Assembly: GCA_905197115.1 (NCBI GenBank)
Contig: CAJJXN010000001.1
Span: 1,463-65,462, forward strand
Reading direction: 5' to 3'
Origin: an uncultured Bacillota bacterium
GTDB taxonomy: Bacteria; Bacillota_I; Bacilli_A; RFN20; CAG-631
Length of the DNA: 64,000 nucleotides
Position numbers and translations under genes: made by a program. A model generated the notes under the pieces. That model did not search any database, was not told the DNA's origin, and saw only the letters and a list, made by a program, of their open reading frames with translations. Positions 10,016 through 20,600 of this stretch are shown in pieces (position 1 is the first letter of the stretch; each line of letters begins with the position of its first letter).

Positions 10016-10879
10016 ATGAAATTCAAAAAATCTTTATTCTTTTTTATCTTATTTTTAATTTTAGGATCGGTATGTTTATTAGTAGCGCATGAAAAATATA
10101 ATATGAGTATAAAAAATAGTTTTAAAAATTATGAATTAAAAACAATAACATATACCGAAAATGAATCAATACTGAATTTAAAAATTGATACACGTACACA
10201 AGGAATTCAATTTTTAAAAAGTGAGAATAATGAGTTAAAAATAGATTATTATCAACATAATCGTGCAAAATGGACATTTGAATTAAATGAAAATACGCTA
10301 ACCATTCAAGAAAAATTTCAAATGATCGATATTTTTTTCTTTCGAGGCTATAATCAACAACCAATGAAAATATATTTACCTAATTTAGTATTGGATCAAT
10401 GTGAAATAAAAGTATTGAATGGAGAAGTAAAATCATCCCTTGAATTACAAACAAAAAAATTTAGTTTAGATATTAAAAATGGAAGAATAGAACTTTCAAA
10501 TTTAAAAGCAATGCAAATGAATATGAAAATGACTAATGGTCAAATCAAATTAAATCATATCACTTGCGAAGACTTATTAGAAATCAAGCAAACAAACGGA
10601 CAATTGATTTTAAATTCCTCTATTGCTGATAAAGTTAAAATTAATCTTACAAATGGAGAAATTAATTTAAAACAAATAGAAGCAAATCACTTTGATTTAG
10701 ACTTAGTAAATGGAGATATTTTAGGTACAATAAAAGGAAATCAAAATGATTACGTAATAGAATGTAATGTAACAAATGGAAAAATTGTTTCACCTAAAAA
10801 TCAAAGCAATGAATCATTAAAAACTTTTTATGCCAATGTTACCAACGGAAAGATCAAAGTTTATTTTGAAAATAACTAA
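10016..10879 (+). CDS. DUF4097-family beta-helix protein (putative adhesin-like, PadR operon member)
   Basis: Signal/TM N-terminus and repeated TNG(Q/K/E)I beta-helix rungs. Third member of the conserved PadR-DUF1700-DUF4097 triad. Confidence 0.6.
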   Translation: MKFKKSLFFFILFLILGSVCLLVAHEKYNMSIKNSFKNYELKTITYTENESILNLKIDTRTQGIQFLKSENNELKIDYYQHNRAKWTFELNENTLTIQEKFQMIDIFFFRGYNQQPMKIYLPNLVLDQCEIKVLNGEVKSSLELQTKKFSLDIKNGRIELSNLKAMQMNMKMTNGQIKLNHITCEDLLEIKQTNGQLILNSSIADKVKINLTNGEINLKQIEANHFDLDLVNGDILGTIKGNQNDYVIECNVTNGKIVSPKNQSNESLKTFYANVTNGKIKVYFENN

Positions 10880-10907
10880 AAAAACAATCGAAAGATTGTT
10901 TTTTTAA
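10879..10907. terminator. bidirectional rho-independent terminator
   Basis: aacaatc-gaaa-gattgtt stem flanked by A and T runs. Confidence 0.6.
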
Positions 10908-11839
10908 TCAAATTTATCTCCTTGAAAGATATCAAGCTCTTCCATTTTTTTATCAATTTTATTTACAACATTCATTTTCTTTAAAATCCATTGAGGAGCG
11001 ACTAAAAGCATTGGATCACTATCACCGCCAATGCGGTGAATAATAACATTACCTTTTAAATATTGAAGCTGTTCAATGACAATGTCAATAAATTCTTCTT
11101 CTGTTAATAAATGAAATTTATTTTGCTGATATAATTGTTCCATGCGAGTATCTTTTATAATATTTAACATGTGAATTTTTAAACCAAATATCGGCAATTT
11201 ATTCAATTTTTTTATCGTTTGAATCATCATTTTAGGAGTTTCTTTTGGTAGACCGTTGATGATATGAACAACAACATCAATACCTGCTGTATGTAACATT
11301 TTTACGGCTGTTTCAAATGTTTCGTAAGGATAGCATCGATTAAAAGCTTCAGCTGTTTTGTCATGAGCAGTTTGAAGACCTAATTCAACCCAAAATTCTT
11401 TAAAATGCGTTTTTAATTCTTTTAAGTAAAATACAATTTCTTCGTTAATACAATCAGGACGTGTCGCAATTGACATTCCAATTACATTTTCTTTATCAAT
11501 AAAAGGAGTAAATACTCTTTGTAAATTATCAATCGTGCTATATGTATTTGTATAAGCTTGAAAATAAACAATATAATATGCGTCGTGCCATTTTCTTCTC
11601 ATAATTGACATGACTTCGCTAAATTGTGTTTCTAAACCATGAGCAGGATTTCCAGCAAAATCTCCAGAACCTTTAGCAGAGCAAAAACTACAACCACCTA
11701 ATCCTTTAGTGCCATCGCGATTAGGACAAGTAAAAGAAGCGTTTAAAGGAATTTTAAACACTTTTTTACCATATTTTGTTTTTAAATAATAATCTAATGT
11801 GTGATATCTTTTATTTGTTACATAATATTCAAATGCCAT
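10904..11839 (-). CDS. TIGR01212-family radical SAM protein
   Basis: CPNRDGTKGLGGCSFCS cluster-binding motif. 311 aa. Confidence 0.8.
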   Translation of the reverse strand: MAFEYYVTNKRYHTLDYYLKTKYGKKVFKIPLNASFTCPNRDGTKGLGGCSFCSAKGSGDFAGNPAHGLETQFSEVMSIMRRKWHDAYYIVYFQAYTNTYSTIDNLQRVFTPFIDKENVIGMSIATRPDCINEEIVFYLKELKTHFKEFWVELGLQTAHDKTAEAFNRCYPYETFETAVKMLHTAGIDVVVHIINGLPKETPKMMIQTIKKLNKLPIFGLKIHMLNIIKDTRMEQLYQQNKFHLLTEEEFIDIVIEQLQYLKGNVIIHRIGGDSDPMLLVAPQWILKKMNVVNKIDKKMEELDIFQGDKFD

Positions 11840-11845
11840 CTTAAT

Positions 11846-13531
11846 TTAAATCATAGATAAAATAAAATTCTTCATTTTATCGTGCCTTTCTGTTGCTTCT
11901 TTTAAAGTATGTCCGCAGAATGCGAAATAAAATTTACATTTTGGTTCCGTTCCTGATGGTCGAATTGCAATAAAAGAGCCATCTTTAAATAAATAACGAA
12001 GAACGTTTGACTTTTCGAAGTCTAAATCTTTTTTTTCTTTTTCAGATACACTTGTAAGAGTCAAATAATCTTCTTTGATTTCAACCTTTTCTCCTCCAAT
12101 AAAGTGTAGTGGAGTATGACGTAATTTTTCCATTAATTCATTGATTTTAGCAAGACCTTCACTGCCTTCAACTTTATAAGAATACTGAGATTCAATATGA
12201 TATTGTAATTTTTGTTGCAATTCTTCAAATACATCTAATAACGTTTTTTGTTGATGTTTATAATAACTTGCCATTTCGCAAATTAATAAAACAGATTGAA
12301 CGCCATCTTTATCTCTTACATTTGGATTAAATAAATAACCATAAGATTCCTCATAACCCATTTGAAAAATAGGACCTTTATTTTGTAAAGATTGGGCAAT
12401 TTTATCGCCAATATATTTAAAACCAGTTAATGTTTGTTCGCAAGCCACATGATACATATGAGCTACTTTCGCACCTAAAGGTGAGGTAACAATGGTATTA
12501 TATATAATGCTATTTTCATCAAGAGTGCCTTGTTCTTTTTTAGAACTTAGCACATAATCCATTAAAATAGATCCCGTTTGATTACCCGTTAAATAAATTG
12601 GATTTTGCTCTTTATCAAATACGACAACACCAACTCGATCACAATCAGGGTCTGTAGTTACAACAATATCTGCATTTACTTTTTTAGCTAAAGAAATGGC
12701 AGCAATGTAAGCTTCTTTTTCTTCTGGATTAGGGGTAATTGTGTTTTTAAATTCTGGGCTTGGAAAAGATTGTTCTTCAACTTCTATAATATCAAATCCA
12801 GCTTTTTTTAAAACAGTCATTACAGGAACATAGCCTGTTCCATGTTGTGGAGAATAAACAATTTTAAGGTTTGAAACATCCAAATTTTTACGAATACGAG
12901 TGTCTAAAACCATTTGGTAATAGGCTTCATCGATTTCTTTGGTTAAAGTTTGGATGAAAGAAGATGATTCTACAAAAGGAATAGCTAGGTCATCTTCAAT
13001 TTGATTAATCTTTTCTAAAACTTTATTTGATTGTTCTAAAATTAATTGGCATCCATCGCTATTATAAATTTTATAGCCATTATATTCTTTTGGATTATGG
13101 CTTGCTGTGATGACAATCCCACCTGCTGCATGTAAATATCGGACAGCAAAAGATAATTCTGGTGTAGGACGAAGACTATCAAAAATATAAGTTTTAATAC
13201 CTAAAGCAGCTAAAACTTTTGCGGCATCTAAAGTAAAGACATCACTATTTTTTCGATTGTCATGTGCAATTACAACACCTTTAGTGGAAGCCTCTTTGTC
13301 ATTTTCAAGTAAATATAAACCAAAACCATAAGTTGCCTTTTTAACAACAATAGAATTCATGTTATTTGTACCAGCTCCCATAATGCCACGTAACCCACCT
13401 GTACCAAATTCAAGATCTTTATAAAATGCTTCTTGAATTTGCTTTTCATTCATGTTTTTTAATTCTTCTTTTAAAACTTCATCTACAGCATTACTTCTTA
13501 ACCATTTTTGATATTTTTTGCTTGCATTCAT
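11846..13531 (-). CDS. pgcA: phosphoglucomutase/phospho-sugar mutase (alpha-D-phosphohexomutase)
   Basis: TASHNPKEYNGYK active-site serine loop and GTGGLRG. Start set at the ATG at 13531 (MNASKKYQKW), which has an AAGGAG RBS and a 4-nt overlap with the upstream gene. Confidence 0.85.
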   Translation of the reverse strand: MNASKKYQKWLRSNAVDEVLKEELKNMNEKQIQEAFYKDLEFGTGGLRGIMGAGTNNMNSIVVKKATYGFGLYLLENDKEASTKGVVIAHDNRKNSDVFTLDAAKVLAALGIKTYIFDSLRPTPELSFAVRYLHAAGGIVITASHNPKEYNGYKIYNSDGCQLILEQSNKVLEKINQIEDDLAIPFVESSSFIQTLTKEIDEAYYQMVLDTRIRKNLDVSNLKIVYSPQHGTGYVPVMTVLKKAGFDIIEVEEQSFPSPEFKNTITPNPEEKEAYIAAISLAKKVNADIVVTTDPDCDRVGVVVFDKEQNPIYLTGNQTGSILMDYVLSSKKEQGTLDENSIIYNTIVTSPLGAKVAHMYHVACEQTLTGFKYIGDKIAQSLQNKGPIFQMGYEESYGYLFNPNVRDKDGVQSVLLICEMASYYKHQQKTLLDVFEELQQKLQYHIESQYSYKVEGSEGLAKINELMEKLRHTPLHFIGGEKVEIKEDYLTLTSVSEKEKKDLDFEKSNVLRYLFKDGSFIAIRPSGTEPKCKFYFAFCGHTLKEATERHDKMKNFILSMI

Positions 13532-14490
13532 TTTGTGTTCTCCTTTGTTAATTTTTTTATTAAATCTTTTTGCCATTGATAAAGTGGAGCGACAAAACTT
13601 TGATTGTTTAAATATTGAAGTTCCCCTTTTAATGACTTAAAAGTAATTTCTTTCGCATGTAAGAAATAGTTTTTCATTTGATAAAGTTTAGCTAAATCAT
13701 CGGTTTCTTTATTACCATACTTTTTGTCCCCAATTAACGGATGTTTAATGGATTGCATATGCACACGAATTTGATGCGTTCGCCCAGTCAAAATGGTCAG
13801 TTCAATTAAAGAGCAATGATTGAATTTTTGAATAGGTTGATATAAAGTTTTAGCAAAAAGACCTTGTGGGTGCACATATACTTTTTTTAGTTTTTCATCT
13901 TTAAGTAAAGGTGCATTGATTTCTCCTGCTTGATTTATTTGCCCAGCTACTAAGGCAATATATTTTTTAGAAAGAGAATCATGATTTTTAAAAGCTTCAA
14001 ATAATAATTGTAATGCTATATTTGTTTTGCCAAAAATTACGATACCACTTGTGTTTCGATCAATTCGATGAGCTAAAGAAGGCACGAAAGTGTTTTCTTT
14101 GTTGGGATCATATTCTTTTTTTTCGATCAAATAATTTAGCACTTGACGAGAAAGTGTATCTTCTGAAATGTTTTCTCCATCATGCACAAGTAAATGAATA
14201 GGCTTATTAACGATTAAAATATTAGCATCTTCATAAAGAATATCAAATTCTTTTTTATGAGAAATTTTGATGTTTTTTTGTACATGCAAATCTTCTTCAT
14301 TTACATAAATGGTGATTATATCATTTAATTGTGTGATATATTCTGGTTTGGCTGGCTTTTTATTTACTTTTATATCTTTTTTTCGAAAAAGTTTATAGAT
14401 ATAAGATAAAGGTGCATTGTTCAAATATTTTTTGATAAAATTGTCTAAACGTTTATTTTGATCATTTGTTTGTATGGTTATTTGAATCAT
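13528..14490 (-). CDS. RluA-family 23S rRNA pseudouridine synthase (RluD-like)
   Basis: HRIDRNTSGIVIFGKT catalytic Asp motif and S4-like N-terminus. Confidence 0.85.
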   Translation of the reverse strand: MIQITIQTNDQNKRLDNFIKKYLNNAPLSYIYKLFRKKDIKVNKKPAKPEYITQLNDIITIYVNEEDLHVQKNIKISHKKEFDILYEDANILIVNKPIHLLVHDGENISEDTLSRQVLNYLIEKKEYDPNKENTFVPSLAHRIDRNTSGIVIFGKTNIALQLLFEAFKNHDSLSKKYIALVAGQINQAGEINAPLLKDEKLKKVYVHPQGLFAKTLYQPIQKFNHCSLIELTILTGRTHQIRVHMQSIKHPLIGDKKYGNKETDDLAKLYQMKNYFLHAKEITFKSLKGELQYLNNQSFVAPLYQWQKDLIKKLTKENTK

Positions 14491-14549
14491 CTTATCACCT
14501 TCTTTTTTATTGTATCAAATTTTTAAAAAAATACAAAGAAAGTCATTCG

Positions 14550-14588
14550 ACAAAACAAAAACTGTTAAACATTTTGTCTAACAGTTTT
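14550..14588 (-). terminator. rho-independent terminator after the lipoprotein pair
   Basis: 9-bp stem aaactgtta/taacagttt followed on the minus strand by a T-tract. Confidence 0.55.
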
Positions 14589-14596
14589 AAATATAA

Positions 14597-15172
14597 TTAT
14601 ATTGTAAAAATGACGTGTTGTTCTTGTTTTTGATAATGAATTGTAAATGAAGACATTTTTTGTTCACTTTCATCTATATGATTGAGGGAATAAAAACTTA
14701 AATCTAAATCTCCATTTAAAGTCATATCTAAATCTAAAAAAAGTAAAAAAGATATCTCTAGTTTATTAATGTTTTGAATAGAATCTTCTTTTAAAAATTT
14801 TTTTTGAATAAAATAACTTGTTTGATTATTATAAGTTAATGAAAATTTAACTCCATCATTGATATTTAAAAAAGTTTGTGTATAAAAAATTTCAATTGAA
14901 GCATGAATGATAGAAGAAGAACCATTAGGAATTTCTAAATGCTCATTTTCTATATAAATAATGGGTGAAGTTTCTAACAGAGAACATTCAAAAAGATATT
15001 CATTTTCAACTAAATGTGAAGATGTAATCAAAGATTCATTTGTGGGAGTAGATGTACTGGTTGAAATAGAAGGAAAAGAAGAAATAGAAGTTGAATTACA
15101 ACCTGTTAAAAAAACAATAACAATAATAAATAAAGTATAAAATTTTTTAATCATAATGTTACTCCTTTTCAT
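14597..15172 (-). CDS. hypothetical lipoprotein (Ser/Thr-rich linker)
   Basis: Signal peptide with LTGC lipobox; no recognisable domain. Confidence 0.5.
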   Translation of the reverse strand: MKRSNIMIKKFYTLFIIVIVFLTGCNSTSISSFPSISTSTSTPTNESLITSSHLVENEYLFECSLLETSPIIYIENEHLEIPNGSSSIIHASIEIFYTQTFLNINDGVKFSLTYNNQTSYFIQKKFLKEDSIQNINKLEISFLLFLDLDMTLNGDLDLSFYSLNHIDESEQKMSSFTIHYQKQEQHVIFTI

Positions 15173-15728
15173 AAAAAGTTAGAATCTGATTTTCAATCGA
15201 ATAGAAAATACGCATGGAACAAATTTCGTTTTCATTTAAATTCGTATCTATTTGTGTCGCATTTATTATCAAAACTTGAGTATTGTTTTGTGTTAAATCT
15301 AAAGAAAGATGAACAGGAATATTAAAGACTGCATCTAAAACAAATAAATTATTTGTAGATTCAATTTGCGTGTCAAAAAGATGATTTTGCATAAAGTTAA
15401 AGTGTTGGCTTCCATGTGTAATGTCTATTTTTATTGAATGATTCTTATCAAAATTAATAATTGGGTATAATGGATTATTAAAATAATAGTGAAAAGATAA
15501 TTCAAAAGAAAAATTGAAACTAGTTTCATCAATTATAGAATGTTGTTTTTGGATTAAATAAGACATAATTAGATTTGGAATTAAAGAAGGTTCTTCTTTT
15601 TCTAAATACATTTCATTTTGAGTAGAAATAGTGGATGAAGAAGATGAAGTTTTTACTTGCTTAGTTTGACAACTTGTAAGACAAAGAATGGAAATAACTA
15701 AAAATAATAATTTTTTAAATAATTTCAT
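15159..15728 (-). CDS. hypothetical lipoprotein, tandem partner of the 14597-15172 gene
   Basis: Signal peptide with LTSC lipobox and an SSSST linker; overlaps the downstream gene. Confidence 0.5.
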   Translation of the reverse strand: MKLFKKLLFLVISILCLTSCQTKQVKTSSSSSTISTQNEMYLEKEEPSLIPNLIMSYLIQKQHSIIDETSFNFSFELSFHYYFNNPLYPIINFDKNHSIKIDITHGSQHFNFMQNHLFDTQIESTNNLFVLDAVFNIPVHLSLDLTQNNTQVLIINATQIDTNLNENEICSMRIFYSIENQILTFYEKE

Positions 15729-15871
15729 TTATAATCCTCCTTGAAAAATAAAACTCTAAAAATAAGCAAATTAAATTACCATTTTATCTTCATTCCCTTC
15801 AAAAACGCACTTTCTATCTTTATAATATAATAAATTTAAAAAATAATAAAGAAAATAAATTATACATTCCT

Positions 15872-15904
15872 AATAAAAAAGCCTTGTTTTTTTAAACAAG
15901 GCTA
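15872..15904 (-). terminator. rho-independent terminator
   Basis: agccttgtt...aacaaggct stem with flanking A/T runs. Confidence 0.55.
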
Positions 15905-15909
15905 TATAT

Positions 15910-16362
15910 TTATTGAATAAGTTGCTTAATCCAAGCTTTTTCTTTTAAAGATACTTTTCCATCAATGGCACAAATCATTAAACAAACCAAAATAAGATCA
16001 TTTTTTAAATCATCTGATAGTTTGCCTAAAATGTCTATCATTTCATTGACTAATTTTTTTAGTTCTTTATTTTCAGCCTTCATTTTTTTAAGAAGGAGTT
16101 GACAATCTTTATAATTTACTTCTTCTTTAAAGAAAACTTTTAGTAATGGATAGCATAATAAATATTCTTCTTCAGACAATTTTCCATCACAAGTAATTGC
16201 ACTTAAAATAAAAGTGGCAAAAATGGCTGTTCCCGCAAGACCATCTTCCGTAATTAAAGATAATGCAGGAATAATATCTAATGATTTTTTGGTTAAAATG
16301 GCACTATATTGAATGATATCTAAATTTTCAAATTCTTTGCATATTTGATTAAACTCTTTCAT
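15910..16362 (-). CDS. TerB-like (tellurite-resistance TerB family) protein
   Basis: Two repeats of the DGK(L/V)SxxE motif (ITCDGKLSEEE; ICAIDGKVSLKEKAWIKQL). Confidence 0.4.
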   Translation of the reverse strand: MKEFNQICKEFENLDIIQYSAILTKKSLDIIPALSLITEDGLAGTAIFATFILSAITCDGKLSEEEYLLCYPLLKVFFKEEVNYKDCQLLLKKMKAENKELKKLVNEMIDILGKLSDDLKNDLILVCLMICAIDGKVSLKEKAWIKQLIQ

Positions 16363-16375
16363 GTTTCTTTCTCCT

Positions 16376-16960
16376 TTATTTTTCTAAACTTTTTATTCCA
16401 TACAAAACAAGTTCTCCTACTTCTTTTGAAAGTTCTTCAAGTGGTTGTAAACGATTGGAATTAAACCAATATTGGTAAGCTGCCACCATTCCCGAAGTAA
16501 TAAATTGGGCGACTAAATCTAATTTTTTTTCGTCTAATTTTTCATAAGGAAGAGTTTGTAATTCTTGTTTTACACGGATGATTAAAGATTTCATAATTTT
16601 TCTGACAATGTAAGATTTAGCTTCTAATTTAAAAAGATTACTGTATAATTCAAGATTACTATTGATAATATCAGTTAGTATTTCAAAAATTTCTAAAGGA
16701 TTACTAATGTGTTGTTTGAAATTAATTTTTTGAGTGGCCTCATCTAATAGTTTGATGAGATCATTTTCTAATTCTTCACGTATTTCATAGATACCACTAT
16801 AATAATTATAAACTGTTTTGCGATCAACATCGGCTTCATCGGCAATATTTTTAATAGTAATTTCGTTGTAATCTTTTTGAGCTAATAATTTAATAAAAGC
16901 ATTACGAATGGCTTTTTTGGTTTTAATGACTCTACGATCGTTTTTTTTGATTTCTTGCAT
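16376..16960 (-). CDS. TetR/AcrR-family transcriptional regulator
   Basis: N-terminal HTH FIKLLAQKDYNEITIKNIADEADVDRKTVYNYY. Confidence 0.85.
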   Translation of the reverse strand: MQEIKKNDRRVIKTKKAIRNAFIKLLAQKDYNEITIKNIADEADVDRKTVYNYYSGIYEIREELENDLIKLLDEATQKINFKQHISNPLEIFEILTDIINSNLELYSNLFKLEAKSYIVRKIMKSLIIRVKQELQTLPYEKLDEKKLDLVAQFITSGMVAAYQYWFNSNRLQPLEELSKEVGELVLYGIKSLEK

Positions 16961-17007
16961 AAGTACAACTCCTTATTATAATAATTATATCATTTTTTGA
17001 TAAAAAT

Positions 17008-18576
17008 CTATAAAGGTAAATCTTTTTTCTCGAATTTAGCACTTCCAAGAATAAAACAAATAACGCCAATAACAAGTAAAATAGCAAGTTTCCAAATAAA
17101 TGTAGTAGTACCTTCTAAAATGGATACGACATCAAACAAAGAAATAATGGTTACATAGTTAAAAGCATTTAAAGCTTTCATGCGAATAATTGATGGTAAA
17201 ACAGCAGATCCAAAAAGACCTAACATAGTAGCTACTAAAAAGAACATGTTTAAACCGCCACCAATACTCATTGAATATTTACTACGATTAAACCAACAAG
17301 AAGCTAAAAAGCATATGCCACTCATAGCAAACATAACAATAAAAGCGCCTAAATTAATTAATAAAAGTTTTCCTATATTTAATCCTGTGTCAACATCTAC
17401 AATTGCATAACAAATTAAACTTGTAATGGTTGTACAAATAAACATTGCTAATAAAGATCCGACTAAATAAAAAGCTTGAGTAAAGGTTACTTCTTTTCTT
17501 TTTGTAGAAGAAGATAAAACATAAGCCATAGAGCCACTATCTACTTGACCAGCGATTAAAGCATTGGCTGTCATAATCATATAAATAATTGGAAGAAGAA
17601 GGCCAGCCATTTTAAAGAAAATAGAACCAACTAAAACACCATATAAGTCGCTACTTCCAATTTCTTGCAATGCATCAGAAACTTCTTTTGGAAGCGAAGA
17701 AAGCATACTTTTTGAAAATTTTGCGGATAATTCTTGTTTGATTCCTTCGACTGTTTCGTTTTCTTTCATGTTTTCTAAACGATAGTTTAAATTAACTTGA
17801 TAATTGATAAGCGCACTAATTGCAATTTCTTTGACTTTTTGATAGTCAGTAAAGCCAAATTCTTCGTATTGCTCTTTGGTTACACCATAATCTTTTAAAG
17901 CATCTAAAACACGTTGTATGTTTTCATCTAAAACCATATTACTTGCTAAAAAAATCGGTACATTCGTTAATATGTATTGTTGCAAATAATTTTTTCTAGA
18001 CCCTTGGCCAATGGTAGTTAAATCATAACGAGGTGCCTCTTCATTGACATTTTTATAAAATGAATCAAATAAGTAAGTGACTTTTCCTTCGTTGTTTACA
18101 GACATTAAATTGAAAGTATAAAATACAAGTCCTTTAATTTCTAGAGCTTCATTTGAATTTTGATGATATCCTTGTGAAGTAATGAATTGATCCACATATT
18201 GCTGTAAATTTAAAGCGGCTGTTTTATAAGCAAGAGTTGTTGCATATTGCATTGCTTTTTCTTGCCCTTGAGCTTGTAATATTTGTGAAAATTCTTCGGT
18301 TTGAGCGACTTTTTTCATCTCTTCTTCAAATATGGTATCAAAATGTGTGAATGCATCATAAGTGATTTCGTAATAATTAATTGCTCGTGCTTGAGTTTGT
18401 GCCTCTAATTCTCCTTGGATAATATTGTCTTGGATGGCTACTTTAGTTGCTCCTAAATTTCCATTGCCTGCAATTAACATTACACAGCACAACATAAAAC
18501 AAACGGCGAAAGTAATAATTCCCCACATGGTTCCATTTGCTTTACATGACTGTTTAAAAAGTGATTTATTAAACAT
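17008..18576 (-). CDS. ABC transporter permease with large extracytoplasmic domain
   Basis: N-terminal TM, an extracytoplasmic domain of about 280 aa and a C-terminal multi-TM bundle. Operon with two ABC ATPases. Confidence 0.6.
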   Translation of the reverse strand: MFNKSLFKQSCKANGTMWGIITFAVCFMLCCVMLIAGNGNLGATKVAIQDNIIQGELEAQTQARAINYYEITYDAFTHFDTIFEEEMKKVAQTEEFSQILQAQGQEKAMQYATTLAYKTAALNLQQYVDQFITSQGYHQNSNEALEIKGLVFYTFNLMSVNNEGKVTYLFDSFYKNVNEEAPRYDLTTIGQGSRKNYLQQYILTNVPIFLASNMVLDENIQRVLDALKDYGVTKEQYEEFGFTDYQKVKEIAISALINYQVNLNYRLENMKENETVEGIKQELSAKFSKSMLSSLPKEVSDALQEIGSSDLYGVLVGSIFFKMAGLLLPIIYMIMTANALIAGQVDSGSMAYVLSSSTKRKEVTFTQAFYLVGSLLAMFICTTITSLICYAIVDVDTGLNIGKLLLINLGAFIVMFAMSGICFLASCWFNRSKYSMSIGGGLNMFFLVATMLGLFGSAVLPSIIRMKALNAFNYVTIISLFDVVSILEGTTTFIWKLAILLVIGVICFILGSAKFEKKDLPL

Positions 18577-19486
18577 GTTTACTTTCCTCCTTTTTTAGAT
18601 TACTTAAAACATTTTTGAAATGCTTTTCTAAATTAAATGTGTTTTCAGTGATAAATTTAACATCTAAATTTTTTAAAGATTTAAAAAGTTGATTTAATTC
18701 TTTATTTTTAATTTTAATTGTTACTTGATTAAATTGTGGTTGATCACGTGTGATTAAATAATTTAAACTTTTAAATTTTTGATAATCTAGATTGTTTTTA
18801 AATTCAATTTTATATTCTTTTTCTTGTGGATTTTTGATTTCGTGAATACTTGCTACATCAACGATGTGACCATTGCAAATTAATGCAACTTTATCACATG
18901 TGCTTTCTAATTCTTCAAACATATGACTGCTCATAAAAATTGTTTTCCCTTTTTTATGTTCTTCCTTGATGATATCTAAAAAAGCATCTCGCATTAAAGG
19001 ATCAAGTCCAGTTGTTGGTTCATCTAAGATAATAATTTCGGGATTTGCCATTAATGCTGCTACAATAGCTGTTTTTTGCTTCATCCCTTTACTCATTCTT
19101 TTTAATGACGCTCTAGGATCTAATTGAAGCTTTTGGATTAAATAATTCGCATAAGTCATATCTTTTAAATGCATAAAGTTAGCTTGACTTTTTAAAAACT
19201 CTATTCCTGTTTTCAAATCCGGAAAAGCGATTTCTCCTGGAACATATCCGATATGTTTTGCGATTTCACTCGCATTTTGCCATGATTCAAGACCATTAAC
19301 ATAAGCATGTCCTTCACTTGGTTTTAAAAAGCCCATAATGTGTCGTATGGTGGTTGTTTTGCCACTTCCATTTGTTCCGGCAAATCCGATCATCTCTCCT
19401 TTTTGAATCGTTAGATTTAAATTAAATATGCCTTTGTTTTCACCATAATCTTTAGTTAAATTGGTTAATTCAATAATTGGACTCAT
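18569..19486 (-). CDS. ABC transporter ATP-binding protein
   Basis: Walker A GTNGSGKTT, signature MSKGMKQK, Walker B ILDEP. Confidence 0.85.
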   Translation of the reverse strand: MSPIIELTNLTKDYGENKGIFNLNLTIQKGEMIGFAGTNGSGKTTTIRHIMGFLKPSEGHAYVNGLESWQNASEIAKHIGYVPGEIAFPDLKTGIEFLKSQANFMHLKDMTYANYLIQKLQLDPRASLKRMSKGMKQKTAIVAALMANPEIIILDEPTTGLDPLMRDAFLDIIKEEHKKGKTIFMSSHMFEELESTCDKVALICNGHIVDVASIHEIKNPQEKEYKIEFKNNLDYQKFKSLNYLITRDQPQFNQVTIKIKNKELNQLFKSLKNLDVKFITENTFNLEKHFKNVLSNLKKEESKHV

Positions 19487-20415
19487 TTTGCAAAAGCACC
19501 TCCGAAATCTTTTTCTTCTTTGTAATAGCTCATAAAATAATCTTCTAAGGTTTCTTTTAAATGGCTAAAACTTTTAATAGAATAGTTAGAGAACAACTGA
19601 ATAACTTCATTGATATGTGTATCATGAGTAGAAATTATTACTTTATTGTGAGTTTCGTCTTGCTTTAATAATTCAAAGAAATTTGATTGACTTTGTTCTT
19701 TGATAAATTGGTGATATACATCAAAGGTTGAAAAAACAATTTCATAATTTTTGATAGCTGAATGCTTTAAATCGTTTGCAACGAAATCAGAAACGATTTT
19801 CCCATCTTTAATAATGGCGATTCGATCACAAGTAGCATCTACTTCTGAAAAAATATGACTAGATAATAAAATAGTTTTTCCTCTTTCTTTTTCTTTTTTG
19901 ATAAATTCAATAAATTTTTCTTGCATTACTGGATCTAACCCACTAGTAGGTTCGTCTAAAATTAAAACATCAGGATCACTCATAAAAGCCGTAACAATGG
20001 CGAGTTTTCTTTTGGAACCAAGACTCATTCGTTTCGTCTCCATGGAAGGATCTAGTTGGAATAATTCAAGTAAATATTTTAATTGTTCATCATTTTTACA
20101 TTTTTGTAGATTTTGCATCATATGTATAAATTCCCATCCCGTTAGTCCAGCAGGTAATGCGATTTCACCGGGAATATAACCAACATGATTTAAAATTCGA
20201 TAATATTGATCAAAAGTTTCCTCGTTGAAAATTTTGGTTTGTCCTGATTGTGGCTTAGAAAATCCCATTAAATGACGAATGGTAGTAGATTTTCCTGCCC
20301 CATTAGGTCCTAAAAATCCAAATACTTCTCCTTTGTTAACATGAAAAGAGATATCAAACACACCTCGTCCTGAACCATAATCTTTTGTTAAATGAGAGAC
20401 TTCAATTACCTTCAT
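19483..20415 (-). CDS. ABC transporter ATP-binding protein
   Basis: Walker A GPNGAGKST, LSGG-like LSLGSKRKL, ILDEPTSGLD. Start set at MKVIEVSHL (ATG 20415) with an AAGGGGG RBS. Confidence 0.85.
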   Translation of the reverse strand: MKVIEVSHLTKDYGSGRGVFDISFHVNKGEVFGFLGPNGAGKSTTIRHLMGFSKPQSGQTKIFNEETFDQYYRILNHVGYIPGEIALPAGLTGWEFIHMMQNLQKCKNDEQLKYLLELFQLDPSMETKRMSLGSKRKLAIVTAFMSDPDVLILDEPTSGLDPVMQEKFIEFIKKEKERGKTILLSSHIFSEVDATCDRIAIIKDGKIVSDFVANDLKHSAIKNYEIVFSTFDVYHQFIKEQSQSNFFELLKQDETHNKVIISTHDTHINEVIQLFSNYSIKSFSHLKETLEDYFMSYYKEEKDFGGAFAK

Positions 20416-20569
20416 GTAAATAACCCCCTTTTTTATAAATAATCTACATTTGAGAATTATATCCTTATAAAGAAATAAAAAAACAACAAAAAAAGAACTA
20501 TTTGAGAATTTGTTCGCATAATAGGTTCTCATAGTATAATTATTCTACAAATAAGACAAAAAGTGAGTA

Positions 20570-20595
20570 TAAAAAAAGGCACTAAAAAGTGCCTA
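20570..20595 (-). terminator. rho-independent terminator of hpf
   Basis: aggcact-aaaaa-gtgcct stem followed by a T-tract on the minus strand. Confidence 0.6.
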
Positions 20596-20600
20596 ATATT

